Source: Macrostomum lignano
Taxonomy: Eukaryota
Length of the DNA: 64,000 nt
NCBI GenBank assembly: GCA_002269645.1
Contig: NIVC01000890.1
Location: 62,001-126,000 of the forward strand
Direction: 5' to 3'
Shown: positions 21,345 through 39,455 of the stretch, one piece after another
How positions within the stretch are numbered: the first letter of the stretch is position 1
How the letters are laid out: every line of letters starts with the position of its first letter
Made by a program: the position numbers and the translations under genes
Notes under the pieces: generated by a model
Databases searched by the model: none
What the model was told of the DNA's origin: nothing
Seen by the model: the letters and a program-made list of their open reading frames with translations, nothing else

Positions 21345-22860
21345 ACTGCACTGCTGTGATGATTTTGGAGGCTAAACCTGTGGCACATGTAAAAGCTGAG
21401 CATGCCGATAATGCGCCGGACTTCGTCAGACTGAGACTCCGGCATGATAGCCTCGACCTTAGAGGTACGATTCCACTCTTGGAAACCTGGTGGCCCAGTG
21501 ATGCTTCGGGAAGCAAAGTATTTATCAAAAATTTATCTCTTGCTGGAATTCAGTGCAGCATGGCAGGCCGCAATCGTTGCAGCACTTTGGACAGTGACTT
21601 AACGTAGCTGTCGGGTTGTAGAACGCCGTAGATCCTCCTCTCGGACCTTCACTTGAAGGAAGCCTTGAAGAAAGCATGTCTATCGAGGCGGACCAAAAGC
21701 AGCCAGCCAAGTAATTGAAAGCTTGATAAAAATGCGGCAGTGAAGAGGCATCCTTTGCTATCAAGTTATTCAACCCGACGCAGACACGGGTATCGTTAAA
21801 TTTTTCATTCTGCCAATTATCCAGTTGCTGGCCCATGGGCTGGTGGCTTGATAACGCCATGCCGATGTATTAACTCCAACTTCTTTCGATTTCGGCGTTC
21901 TCAAAGGTGCCGATACGCTCGTACTCTGATTGGAGTATAGCGTGACTGGGGTACAGCTCAGGTTACACACTTGAACCGGAATCTTACTGCCGGCCGAAGA
22001 CAATGCACGGGAGGGCAACACTCCGGTTCTGTCAATGAGCTCGTGCGACGACTCAAAATAATCTGCGCAGCTTATTATATCGACACATCCGTGACCTTGA
22101 CCGACCTTGGCGGTACCATGGCACCATGCGACAGCGGTACATCAAGCTCGGGTTCGATGTCCTTAAACGAGACGGGCGAATCGTCGAATGCATGGTCGGT
22201 GCTAAACTGCATTTTGGCTGACTTGCCAACAAAGCCCATCCCAAGGATGAAATCTGAGCGAATACCTTTCTGCGCAGCTAAATAACAAGCTGAATGGTAA
22301 TACTTGCACTTCTTGAGGGCTTAGCTGTCTGCCTATACAGGCTTGACATCTACTGCTGGTTTCAGTTTGCAACTGCCACTCAGCTCTCTTAAGTCAACGT
22401 TGCTGATCAAATCGAAGTCCGCGCTCCGGTGTCCAGCAGCCCCTGGTTCGGCTTTCTGTCCCGGGATAAAAATCGCGTAAAGAACGGAATTGCTCAGAGT
22501 CTTGGGGTCTTGGAATCTTGCAGCCTTGTGCCCTCTTCCCGAGCAAATGATCGGGTCTGGCTGTTTCTATGCCACCGGCATTGGGCTGTGCGGTGTCCAA
22601 GCTGACTGCAGTTGAAGCAGGTGCCTCCTCGATGTAAGTGGTGACGTCTAGTGTCGGTCCTTGACTGCATGCTGATTTTCGCAGTGAGCTCTTTCATGCG
22701 CCTCTCTATTAGGTCTAAGTGGTCCTCGGGCGGTCCTTCTGCTGCTGATGACACTGACTGCCGCAACCGACTGTCGCCTCGATAGCTCCGAGCCGAGGCA
22801 CTCGCTGCCGCACAGTCTTCAAGCTGCAAGCCTCTGCGTCCTCTGCCTTGAGTAGTTTTT
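21345..22860 (-). mobile_element. Degenerate Ty3/Gypsy gag-pol fragment
   Basis: CCHC knuckle CFNCSQLGHRTAQC; protease-like SDFILGMGF; RT remnants RVCV..LNNLIAKDASSLP..LAG, LGHQVSKSGI and VRRIIGMLSFY. Multiple stops and frameshifts. Confidence 0.75.
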
Positions 22861-23107
22861 AGGGAGTTCATTCCTGAGTATAGCTGCAGGAATTTAAAGC
22901 GCACATCTCGGTCCCGCTAGCTTATACTCGTGGAATCTTTTAGTTTTGCCTTTTAAGCTTCAGGTTGAAACAGAACTCGCATAGAGGTCTCGGCAGATTG
23001 ATCCCACACTTAAAAGTCACTAATTATAGCCTTGAAACTGTCGAATTCATCTAGATGTACATGACACTTTGTGTTAGTGGGGTCCTCTTTGGTGAAGTTC
23101 TATTCTA

Positions 23108-23272
23108 TTAGAAGTTCTATTAGAAGAACGAAGATTTCTATTAGAAGAAGAAGATTTGTTAGAAGTTCTATTAGAAGAACGAAGATTTCTATTAGAAGAA
23201 GAAGATTTGTTAGAAGTTCTATTAGAAGAACGAAGATTTCTATTAGAAGAAGAAGATTTGTTAGAAGTTCTA
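23108..23272. repeat. 3 x 51-bp tandem repeat (GAAGTTCTATTAGAAGAACG...)
   Basis: GAAGTTCTAT at 23111, 23162, 23213, 23264. Confidence 0.92.
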
Positions 23273-24242
23273 TTCTCGTCAAGGTTCTAGACGACTATCT
23301 CCAACCATAATTTTTTCCTAGATTCCCGAATTTTATTTTTCTCAAGGTGCAAGAGTGTAATACCACTGTCATCTCCAAGAGTCTAGACCTTGATGGCTGT
23401 ACTTTTTGAGCCAAAGCCTGCTAGTCAGCAGCTGCAACAACGCACGGCGGCTACGAGCTAACATAACATGCTTGCATACTGTATATGGTGTTGCAGTATA
23501 GCTACATATTTACATCTACGGTTGTAACGTAAATGTAAACATCGGTAAAAAACGATGCCAGCGCACATACGTGAAGGCAGAGAATGAAGCTAAATAGGAC
23601 AATAAAAAATAACCAAGGGGAGAGAGAGAAATTAGCCGGTGTACTACATGAAAAACAATGGAAACGCCAGTTTTCTGCAGAACCGCGCTCTCATCAGAGA
23701 CCCGTGCAGACACCAAGGAAAGAGATTTTTCAACTGTACTCGCAGTGACTAATATGTTTCTACTGAAGCCTGAAAAAGCAGAAAAACGTTCTAAGAGCTA
23801 GTACATTGCGATTGTACATGTATTTTGTACGCTCCAGCTTTCTTATGGTGTTTTACTGACTTAACGGACCCAAGGTAGAGTAAAACATCAAACTATATTG
23901 AGGGCTAACCTTCAATAATAGGAGCTATAGATGTGATGTAGTGTTAAAAAGTCTTATTCTCATCTCATTTTATGTGAGTACTACAAATTTACTAGCTAAT
24001 AATATTTTTTATAGTGCCCAGCGTTGAAATCAGGAACTAAAATGTATTTTTAGACATTACGATGAAAATTTGCGTTTTCTGTAGCGCAGAAGTTAAAATA
24101 GCGCCTAGCGGTTAACGCAATCTTTAAAAATAGCCTCGCTTAGTGCATAAATGATTTGTTGGCGAAGCGAAGACAGTACCGGAACGAATAAGAAACGCCG
24201 CTGGCAAGAAGTGTAAAAAACGGAATCGAACTACTTGCATTA

Positions 24243-30010
<5,768 letters not shown>

Positions 30011-30279
30011 CTGACGAGTGTTTGAGTACACGTAACTAAATTAAGTTCCTACACTAAACACTAATCTATAATTGTTCATACTAACTTAAGCTTTTTACTT
30101 CTTATTGAACGAGCTGCTAGTAGTTCTATAGAGGGTTTTCTAAATCTTATAATTGTTTGTTTTTTCGAAAAGGGTGCTCGACTTTAGAGAATTTAAATAC
30201 GATAAAGATTCCTCATAAAGATCGCGCTCATCTGAAAGCGAGTCTATGGCCAAAACCTCCTAAAAATTGGGATATTCCC

Positions 30280-30516
30280 CCCATGAATTTCATTGGCTGA
30301 TTGTAATTTAATAATGGTCCCCCTATAAGTTCTACTGGCTGAAGCTTGTACGCGAGGGAAATTCCAAAGTCACGATTAACGTTAGACATATTTAACTTCC
30401 TCTGGGCCACGACGGCTTAACGGGAAAAAATAACATTTCCCCCGAGTACAGGCTTCAGCCATTAAGAACTTAGGGGGGATTATTATTAAATTCCAGCAGC
30501 CAACGAAATTTATGGG
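30280..30516. mobile_element. Foldback/MITE-like element with ~80-bp imperfect inverted arms
   Basis: CCCATGAATTTCATTGGCTG...GTACGCGAGGGAAAT is the reverse complement of ATTTCCCCCGAGTAC...CAGCCAACGAAATTTATGGG. Confidence 0.7.
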
Positions 30517-30707
30517 TTATGATTTATGAGTTATGGACCATGGGTTATGAGTTATGAGTCCTTGTTGTAAAGATAAGGAGCCAGCACTGAATGTCTATGG
30601 CTCTGTCTGACTCTGTCTATGCTAGTCTGGCCTCATGAGGTAATTCGCTTCCACTCCAGGTTGCTACTTATGGAACTCCTTGCATAGGGGTTAAGGGCTT
30701 CTTGACC

Positions 30708-30879
30708 AAGTCCAGTTCTAAAAAAAACTAGCAGAAATTCAATTCAGACAATTCAGAGTGGGCAACAAACCCCAGTTCAAAACATTATGCAACCGAAGCA
30801 AGTTTTAGCCATAGACAAAATAGTCTCCAGTCTGAATTGTCTGAATTGAATTTCCGCTAGTTTTTCTAGAACTGGACTT
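30708..30879. mobile_element. Foldback/MITE-like element with ~55-bp inverted arms
   Basis: AAGTCCAGTTCT..CTAGCAGAAATTCAATTCAGACAATTCAGA / TCTGAATTGTCTGAATTGAATTTCCGCTAG..AGAACTGGACTT. Confidence 0.72.
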
Positions 30880-31710
30880 TGTTCAAAATTTAACGCCAAG
30901 TGGTGAACTATGGAATCTGGGATAAGGGCTGGTGCAGTTGTGGAGCCATTCTGTGTGAGGAATGGAGCAAAAAAATTGACCACTAATTGGTATTAAGTTG
31001 ATCGACACATCTAGTGTTTTCAGGATCTGTGCGCTACCTATTATTGAATTCACATGTAGCTTGTAGCTACACAAATTCAGAAAGATTCTTGCTTTCTGAT
31101 TTTGTCGACAAATATCGAAAATTATGTTTTTTGTTGACGTGCATGAATACATTATCGAATGCTTTTTATTTCTTAGATCGCGCGCCAAAATTTTTTTGCT
31201 TTTTTTAAACTTTTATAAGCAAGTTGATCGCGAGTACAATTCTTATTAATTTTTATTAAAATATTATCACAGAGCCCATGTTAACGATAGATTTTTGTCT
31301 GTTTACTGTGAGCCAGTGAAACAATAAGTTTCCAATGTTTTGTTTCAAAAATTAAGAGTAGTTAGACGTAAGCTAACATGATATCAAATTTTAATGTTAC
31401 TTATGACTGCTCTTTACTTTTTAAAGCTTTGTAACTGTTACGGATCTTTTTGTTTTCTATAATAGATTTTTCACTCAAAATAATTATTCGCATTTTAGCC
31501 ATCTCTATATAAGCTTGTATTGCAACAACAGTGTTTTTTAGGAAGAAATGATGTGCTCGCATTGAATATTGTCATATTGATATATTTTATTCTCTTAGCT
31601 ATATATTCAGAATCCTCAGATCAATGTATCAAACTCAGTAAATTAGTTTATTTTCGGCTATTTCTCCTGCCACATTTTTCTTCGATAATTTGATTTACAG
31701 TCTTTGGGTT

Positions 31711-34700
31711 CTGGGGTTACAGATAAGATACTGATCGATTACAGATGAGACACTGATCGATTACAGATGAGTCACTGATCGATTACAGATGAGACACTGA
31801 TCGATTACAGATGAGACACTGATCGATTACAGATGAGACACTGATCGATTACAGATGAGACACTGATCGATTACAGATGAGACACTGATCGATTACAGAT
31901 GAGACACTGATCGATTACAGATGAGACACTGATCGATTCCAGATGAGACACTGATCGATTACAGATGAGACACTGGTCGATTACAGATGAGTCACTGATC
32001 GATTACAGATGAGACACTGATCGATTACAGATGAGACACTGATCGATTACAGATGAGACACTGGTCGATTACAGATGAGTCACTGATCGATTACAGATGA
32101 GACACTGATCGATTACAGATGAGACACTGGGGTTACAGATGAGACACTGATCGATTACAGATGAGACACTGGGGTTACAGATGAGACACTGATCGATTAC
32201 AGATGAGACACTGATCGATTACAGATGAGACACTGATCGATTACAGATGAGACACTGATCTATTACAGATGAGACACTGATCGATTACAGATGAGACACT
32301 GATCGATTACAGATGAGACACTGATCGATTACAGATGAGACACTGATCGATTACAGATGAGACACTGATCGATTACAGATGAGACACTGATCGATTACAG
32401 ATGAGACACTGATCGATTACAGATGAGACACTGATCGATTACAGATGAGATACTGATCGATTACAGATTAGACACTGATCGATTACAGATGAGACACTGG
32501 GGTTACAGATGAGACACTGGGGTTACAGATGAGACACTGGGGTTACAGATGAGACATTAGGGTTATAGATGAGACACTGGGGTTACAGATGAGACACTGG
32601 GGTTACAGATGAGACACTGGGGTTACAGATGAGACACTGAGGTTACAGATGAGACACTGGGGTTACAGATGAGACACTGGGGTTACAGATGAGACACTGA
32701 GGTTACAGATGAGACACTGGGGTTACAGATGAGACACTGGGGTTACAGATGAGACACTGAGGTTACAGATGAGACACTGGGGTTACAGATGAGACACTGG
32801 GGTTACAGATGAGACACTGGGGTTACAGATGAGACACTGGGGTTACAGATGAGACACTGGGGTTACAGATGAGACACTGGGGTTACAGATGAGACACTGG
32901 GGTTACAGATGAGACATTAGGGTTATAGATGAGACACTGGGGTTACAGATGAGACACTGGGGTTACAGATGAGACACTGGGGTTACAGATGAGACACTGG
33001 GGTTACAGATGAGACACTGGGGTTACAGATGAGACACTGGGGTTACAGATGAGACATTGGGGTTACAGATGAGACATTGGGGTTATAGATGAGACACTGG
33101 GGTTACAGATGAGACACTGGGGTTACAGATGAGACACTGGGGTTACAGATGAGACACTGGGGTTACAGATGAGACACTGGGGTTACAGATGAGACACTGG
33201 GGTTACAGATGAGACACTGAGGTTACAGATGAGACACTGGGGTTACAGATGAGACACTGGGGTTACAGATGAGACACTGAGGTTACAGATGAGACACTGG
33301 GGTTACAGATGAGACACTGGGGTTACAGATGAGACACTGGGGTTACAGATGAGACACTGGGGTTACAGATGAGACACTGGGGTTACAGATGAGACACTGG
33401 GGTTACAGATGAGACACTGGGGTTACAGATGAGACACTGGGGTTACAGATGAGACACTGGGGTTACAGATGAGACACTGGGGTTACAGATGAGACACTGG
33501 GGTTACAGATGAGACACTGGGGTTACAGATGAGACATTAGGGTTATAGATGAGACACTGGTGTTACAGATGAGACACTGGGGTTACAGATGAGACACTGG
33601 GGTTACAGATGAGACACTGGGGTTACAGATGAGACACTGGGGTTACAGATGAGACACTGGGGTTACAGATGAGACATTGGGGTTACAGATGAGACATTGG
33701 GGTTATAGATGAGACACTGGGGTTACAGATGAGACACTGGGGTTACAGATGAGACACTGGGGTTACAGATGAGGCACTGGGGTTACAGATGAGACACTGG
33801 GGTTACAGATGAGACACTGAGGTTACAGATGAGACACTGGGGTTACAGATGAGACATTGGGGTTACAGATGAGACATTGGGGTTATAGATGAGACACTGG
33901 GGTTACAGATGAGACACTGAGGTTACAGATGAGACACTGGGGTTACAGATGAGACACTGAGGTTACAGATGAGACACTGGGGTTACAGATGAGACATTGG
34001 GGTTACAGATGAGACACTGGGGTTACAGATGAGACACTGGGGTTACAGATGAGACACTGAGGTTACAGATGAGACACTGGGGTTACAGATGAGACATTTG
34101 GGTTACAGATGAGACATTGGGGTTATAGATGAGACACTGGGGTTACAGATGAGACACTGGGGTTACAGATGAGACACTGGGGTTACAGATGAGACACAGA
34201 GGTTACAGATGAGACACTGGGGTTACAGATGAGACATTGGGGTTACAGATGAGACATTGGGGTTATAGATGAGACACTGGGGTTACAGATGAGACACTGG
34301 GGTTACAGATGAGACACTCATCGATTATAGATGAGACACTGAAGTTACAGATGAGACACTGGGGTTACAGATGAGACACTGGGGTTACAGATGAGACACT
34401 GGGGTTACAGATGAGACACTGGGGTTACAGATGAGACACTGAGGTTACAGATGAGACACTGGGGTTACAGATGAGACACTGAGGTTACAGATGAGACACT
34501 GGGGTTACAGATGAGACACTGGGGTTACAGATGAGACACTTATCGATTATAGATGAGACACTGAAGTTACAGATGAGACACTGGGGTTACAGATGAGACA
34601 CTGGGGTTACAGATGAGACACTGGGGTTACAGATGAGACACTGGGGTTACAGATGAGACACTGAGGTTACAGATGAGACATTGGGGTTACAGATGAGACA

Positions 34701-35840
34701 TTGGGGTTATAGATGAGACACTGGGGTTACAGATGAGACACTGGGGTTACAGATGAGACACTCATCGATTATAGATGAGACACTGAAGTTACAGATGAGA
34801 CACTGGGGTTACAGATGAGACACTGGGGTTACAGATGAGACACTGGGGTTACAGATGAGACACTGGGGTTATAGATGAGACACTGGGGTTACAGATGAGA
34901 CACTGGGGTTACAGATGAGACACTGGGGTTACAGATGAGACACTGGGGTTACAGATGAGACACTGGGGTTATAGATGAGACACTGGGGTTACAGATGAGA
35001 CACTGGGGTTACAGATGAGACACTGAGGTTACAGATGAGACACTGGGGTTACAGATGAGACACTGGGGTTACAGATGAGACATTAGGGTTATAGATGAGA
35101 CACTGGGGTTACAGATGAGACACTGGGGTTACAGATGAGACACTGGGGTTACAGATGAGACACTGGGGTTACAGATGAGACACTGGGGTTACAGATGAGA
35201 CACTGATCTATTACAGATGAGACACTGATCGATTACAGATGAGACACTGGGGTTACAGATGAGACACTGGGGTTACAGATGAGACACTGGGGTTACAGAT
35301 GAGACACTGGGGTTACAGATGAGACACTGAGGTTACAGATGAGACACTGGGGTTACAGATGAGACATTGGGGTTACGGATGAGACATTGGGGTTATAGAT
35401 GAGACACTGGTGTTACAGATGAGACACTGGGGTTACAGATGAGACACTGGGGTTACAGATGAGACACTGGGGTTACATATGAGACACTGGGGTTACAGAT
35501 GAGACACTGGGGTTACAGATGAGACACTGGGGTTACAGATGAGACACTGGGGTTACAGATGAGACACTGATCTATTACAGATGAGACACTGATCGATTAC
35601 AGATGAGACACTGGGGTTACAGATGAGACATTGGGGTTATAGATGAGACACTGGGGTTATAGATGAGACACTGGGGTTACAGATGAGACATTGGGGTTAC
35701 AGATGAGACATTGGGGTTACAGATCAGACGTTGGGGTTACAGATGAGACATTGGGGTTATAGATGAGACACTGGGGTTACAGATGAGACACTGGGGTTAC
35801 AGATGAGACACTGGGGTTACAGATGAGACACAGGGTTCCA
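31711..35840. repeat. 4.1-kb minisatellite array of 20-bp (GGGGTTACAGATGAGACACT) and 22-bp (GATCGATTACAGATGAGACACT) units
   Basis: Directly visible; 22-mers dominate the first ~750 bp and 20-mers the remainder. Confidence 0.98.
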
Positions 35841-36328
35841 AGTATGCTCGTAGCCGCGTTATAGGTGAGACAGGTATGGTCCGTTTGAAAAAAAGTTTTC
35901 AATATGACTGCAAAACTCAAGAGACATTAGTTTTTCTATTTTTACACTCATAAGGCATACAAAACTACAAATTAATGTACGAAATGAAGGATCGACTCGA
36001 GAAACGAGAACAGAATTGATGATGTATAACGCTGTTGTATCTTTTAGTTTTCAGGGAGCCTCTAACCACATTGAGTCGATGCTTAGTAAAAAAATAGTAA
36101 AGTAGAATAACAAAACAAATTATACAGAGTAAAAAATTACGATTTTAAAATATAAGGATACAGCCAATGTAAAGCAATACGAACCGCATCACATGTAAAA
36201 GTGTAGACAGCAATAGCATTATTATAATCTTTACGGTTTAATCAAGTTCTTGTCGGTTCTAGCATGAAGATTTAACAGACATTCTTCAATGCTGATTTTA
36301 TTCAATATCTAAATATAACTGTTGCGAT

Positions 36329-37505
36329 CTACAGAAGTTCGCAAGACTTTTTGGCAGCTTTTTTGATAGCAGCAGTCAAATCATGCTGCAGCGTCTTTAT
36401 CTGCGTCTCCTGACCTTCCATCTTCCCTTCCAGCGCCTTTATTTTCTCTTCTAGTAGTTGCTTGCTCATTGTATCTTGCAGTTGCTTGTAATCTTTCTTC
36501 AGTTCTCTCAGCTCCTTCTTTGTCTTCCGCAGACTTGCCAACAGAGCTGGACCATTGGCCTTTGCATAGCGCAGTTGAGCTTCTTTAAACAGAGCATTGG
36601 TGTAGCACTCGCCTTTGTTCTTGCTCCTGACACTGTCTAACATGAGCACAAACTCAGTTAGCTTGCTGCGTCCCAAGTTGTGGCAGTCCACGATCAACCA
36701 CCTGACCCCGACTTTAGTCAGAATCGTGTCAAGGTTTGAAACCTGCTGCCTGGCTATTTTCAGCTGACTTTCAAAAGCAGCCTGCCCACCTCTTAGGGCT
36801 ACGTCTCCGTGGGTAAAGACGCAGATTGCGTGGTCCCAGAACTTGTCGCCGAACAGACTTTGCAGTTGGTCCACCGCCTTGGACTCTTCTTTGGTGAAGC
36901 GACTATCAGCTCGTAGCACGATCACAAAGGCTGTCACACCGCCAGGATTGAGGCTGATTGCTTTGCAGATCCCGTCTAGAGCTTGCTCGTCGTTGACATT
37001 ATCTAGTACCCCGGGAGTGTCGATGATGTTGACCGGGCGCTCTTGGATTATTCCCTGAATTTAATTAGTGATAATTCTTATTTAGAATCTCGACTCGTAT
37101 AGAGCGCTTTAGTCAAATGTCAAAAGTATGTTTAAGCGGGACCCACCTCCTCTAGTCTTGGTTCATGTTCCTGACAGGAGACGAAACCAGATTTCACTTG
37201 GAATGGAGCTTCAGCTGATTCGTTGCACCCTAGCAACGCGTTGCCAAGGGAACTTTTGCCATTGCCAGTTTTGCCTAGCAGCATCAGAGTCAGCGGGACC
37301 TGAGACTGAAATGTTGGTAGGAAATTTCACTTCATCTTCACACTTTGATCTTAAGAGCTAAAGACGCATGTTATGGCAAAAATTTACAAGAAGAAACGTC
37401 CTGCATTTCACGAATGAACTGAAAACTTACCCTCTCTAAACCGGCTTCTTTCAGCGGTCCCCGAATCGTGGATAGTTCCGACACATAAGGCCGGGAGGAA
37501 GCCAT
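36329..37505 (-). CDS. GIMAP: AIG1/GIMAP-family GTPase with coiled-coil tail and CaaX (CELL), 3 exons, ~317 aa
   Basis: Exons 37505-37431, 37299(or 37305)-37147, 37054-36329, all phase 0. G1 LMLLGKTGNGKSSLGNALLG; G3 IIDTPG; GVTAFVIVL; G4 CVFTHGD. Confidence 0.9.
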
Positions 37506-38174
37506 ATAGTCGGAGGTTTGGCCTGATTACCAAGGTAAAAATTTTAAGAAGAGAATAAGGTATGATTCTCTTTTGAGCTTGGAGTCGTGTTTTCTACTCA
37601 CGCATTCCTTACATCCCGACAAAAAAGCTTTATAAGAAAAATTCTGTCCACTAGTTGCTTTCTATTCGTCGGAGCGGAGACTAGTTGAAATACGTTAAGC
37701 TGTAAAATGGCGAGGGGAGAGACGAGAGTACACTGGAAATGCGTCATCTTTAGCTGTCTGCGCCAACTTGCATTGTGTCAAGTGGTAAAATGCTATAAGC
37801 TTTGCAGCGCAGCGAGGGTTGCGCAAAGACCCAAGTCTACCGCAATTGCCCTGCCGTGCTATGTAGAGATGGTCAGTCAGTCAGCTGCTCCACACTGAAC
37901 TCTGTTGCACTTTTCACGGGGCAGGCCAAGTATGCTCATTAACCAGCAGCAGTAGATACTGTAAAATTTCTTAAAGTTGGCTAATAACTGACAGTATAAG
38001 CATTGAACAAGTGTGAGACTGGGAACGTTAGAAGGTCACTTCTGTCGAATATGAGTCATAGTAATTTATGCTAACAATATTTATGAAGGAAGATCTAAGG
38101 GTGTCTGCGATAGTTAAAATTCATCGTTTACACACAGCTATTGATCGCGATTATAATAAGAAATAATAATGTGC

Positions 38175-39130
38175 TGTTGTAACCCGGGTCGGTTTAAGTG
38201 CCCAGTCCCGAGTACAATATATATTATGCGTAAGATACAGGCGTAGTGACGCTCTGTCTGTACTTTTATGGATGCGAGCAGGCGTGACGACGCTCTGCGA
38301 TAATAGTTCGATCCCTCTGGTGTTGTGACACTCAGAGTTCACGCTGCGACTCGGGGTGTGGTGACACTCTCGAGTGCTTCTAATCTCAATACTGTAGGTT
38401 GTACACACTATATAGAGTAGACGGAACAGTACTACAACAAAAACTATATGATCTCCCGGCGTTATGACGCTCTGACAAGAACTCAGCCTAACAAGCTCCC
38501 AGAAAAGAACGAACTCAAGCAGCAGCGGCTTACCAGTGGCCAAATCGCCGTTCGTACGTTTATTGCTCGTAGGTCTCAAGCGCAGGTTCGCACGTTTGTT
38601 GATTGGCTCTGAGGTCTCAAGCCGGCTTCTAATTTCTTCTCAATTCTCAGACTCTTTTCAAAGACTGACTTCTCAATTGAGCTCTCGGGTTTCTGTTATC
38701 GTAGGTAGCTAATGTCGCTGTTTCTTACTCAAGTCAAGTCTCGCGCTTGCTATCTCGGAGCCCACAAAAACACAAAAAGCACAAACAGAACAAACAGAGC
38801 GAAGGGCGTGAGCAAGGCCCAGAGCCGCATTAAATAATAATCAAACCCTGGGGCAGATCGCCCCACCGGCTAAGCCCACCCAAACAAGTTACCCCAACAG
38901 AAAAAGAGACTGGCCGCGCCGGCCAGCCAATCAAAACCCCGCCTTGGGGGGGAGGGGCCGCACCCGCGCCAAAGCTGGCCCGGCCGCAGCCAACCAGCCC
39001 TGAGCACGAAGCAGGGGCACGGCTGGGGAGGGGCACGCGCAAAGCCCGGCCGGCGGCCAGACCCTGCCACGCCCGCCAACCCCCCCCCCCCAACCAGCCC
39101 CAAAGTGCAACGCGCCCTGCCAACTGACAA
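38175..39130. mobile_element. Possible solo LTR or other repeat insertion upstream of GIMAP copy 1
   Basis: TGTTGTAAC...ACTGACA ends; CpG-rich non-coding interior with a minus-strand AATAAA; no matching TSD found. Confidence 0.25.
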
Positions 39131-39377
39131 GGGCGCATGCACTACAGTGCTTTTTTACATTTTCTTCCCAGCTCATACAAAAAGCGAGCGTCACAGCTGG
39201 TGCATGTCTCTGAGCATTGGCGCGAACATAGGAACGAACGGTCGCTTGTACGAACCCGGCTGGCGCGGCGATACAGTGCCGCATTGATGACTCGCTCGTT
39301 GCCAATTTTGATTTTGAGCTTTGCGGGAGTTTAAAGTGCGCTAGTTGAGTGTTTCATCCAGAAAACAAGCCTCACCT

Positions 39378-39455
39378 GGAACCCCAGTGTCTTATCTGTA
39401 ACTCCAGTGTCTCATCTGTAACCCCAGTGTCTCATCTGTAACCCCAGTGTCATCT
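39378..39455. repeat. Short inverted copy (~4 units) of the 20-bp minisatellite at 31711-35840
   Basis: AACCCCAGTGTCTCATCTGT is the reverse complement of the array unit. Confidence 0.9.

Noticed and set aside
31711-35840. CRISPR-like array
   Set aside because: Contiguous repeats with no unique spacers, no cas genes, and a eukaryotic context; the same applies to 48495-49420 and 63324-63517
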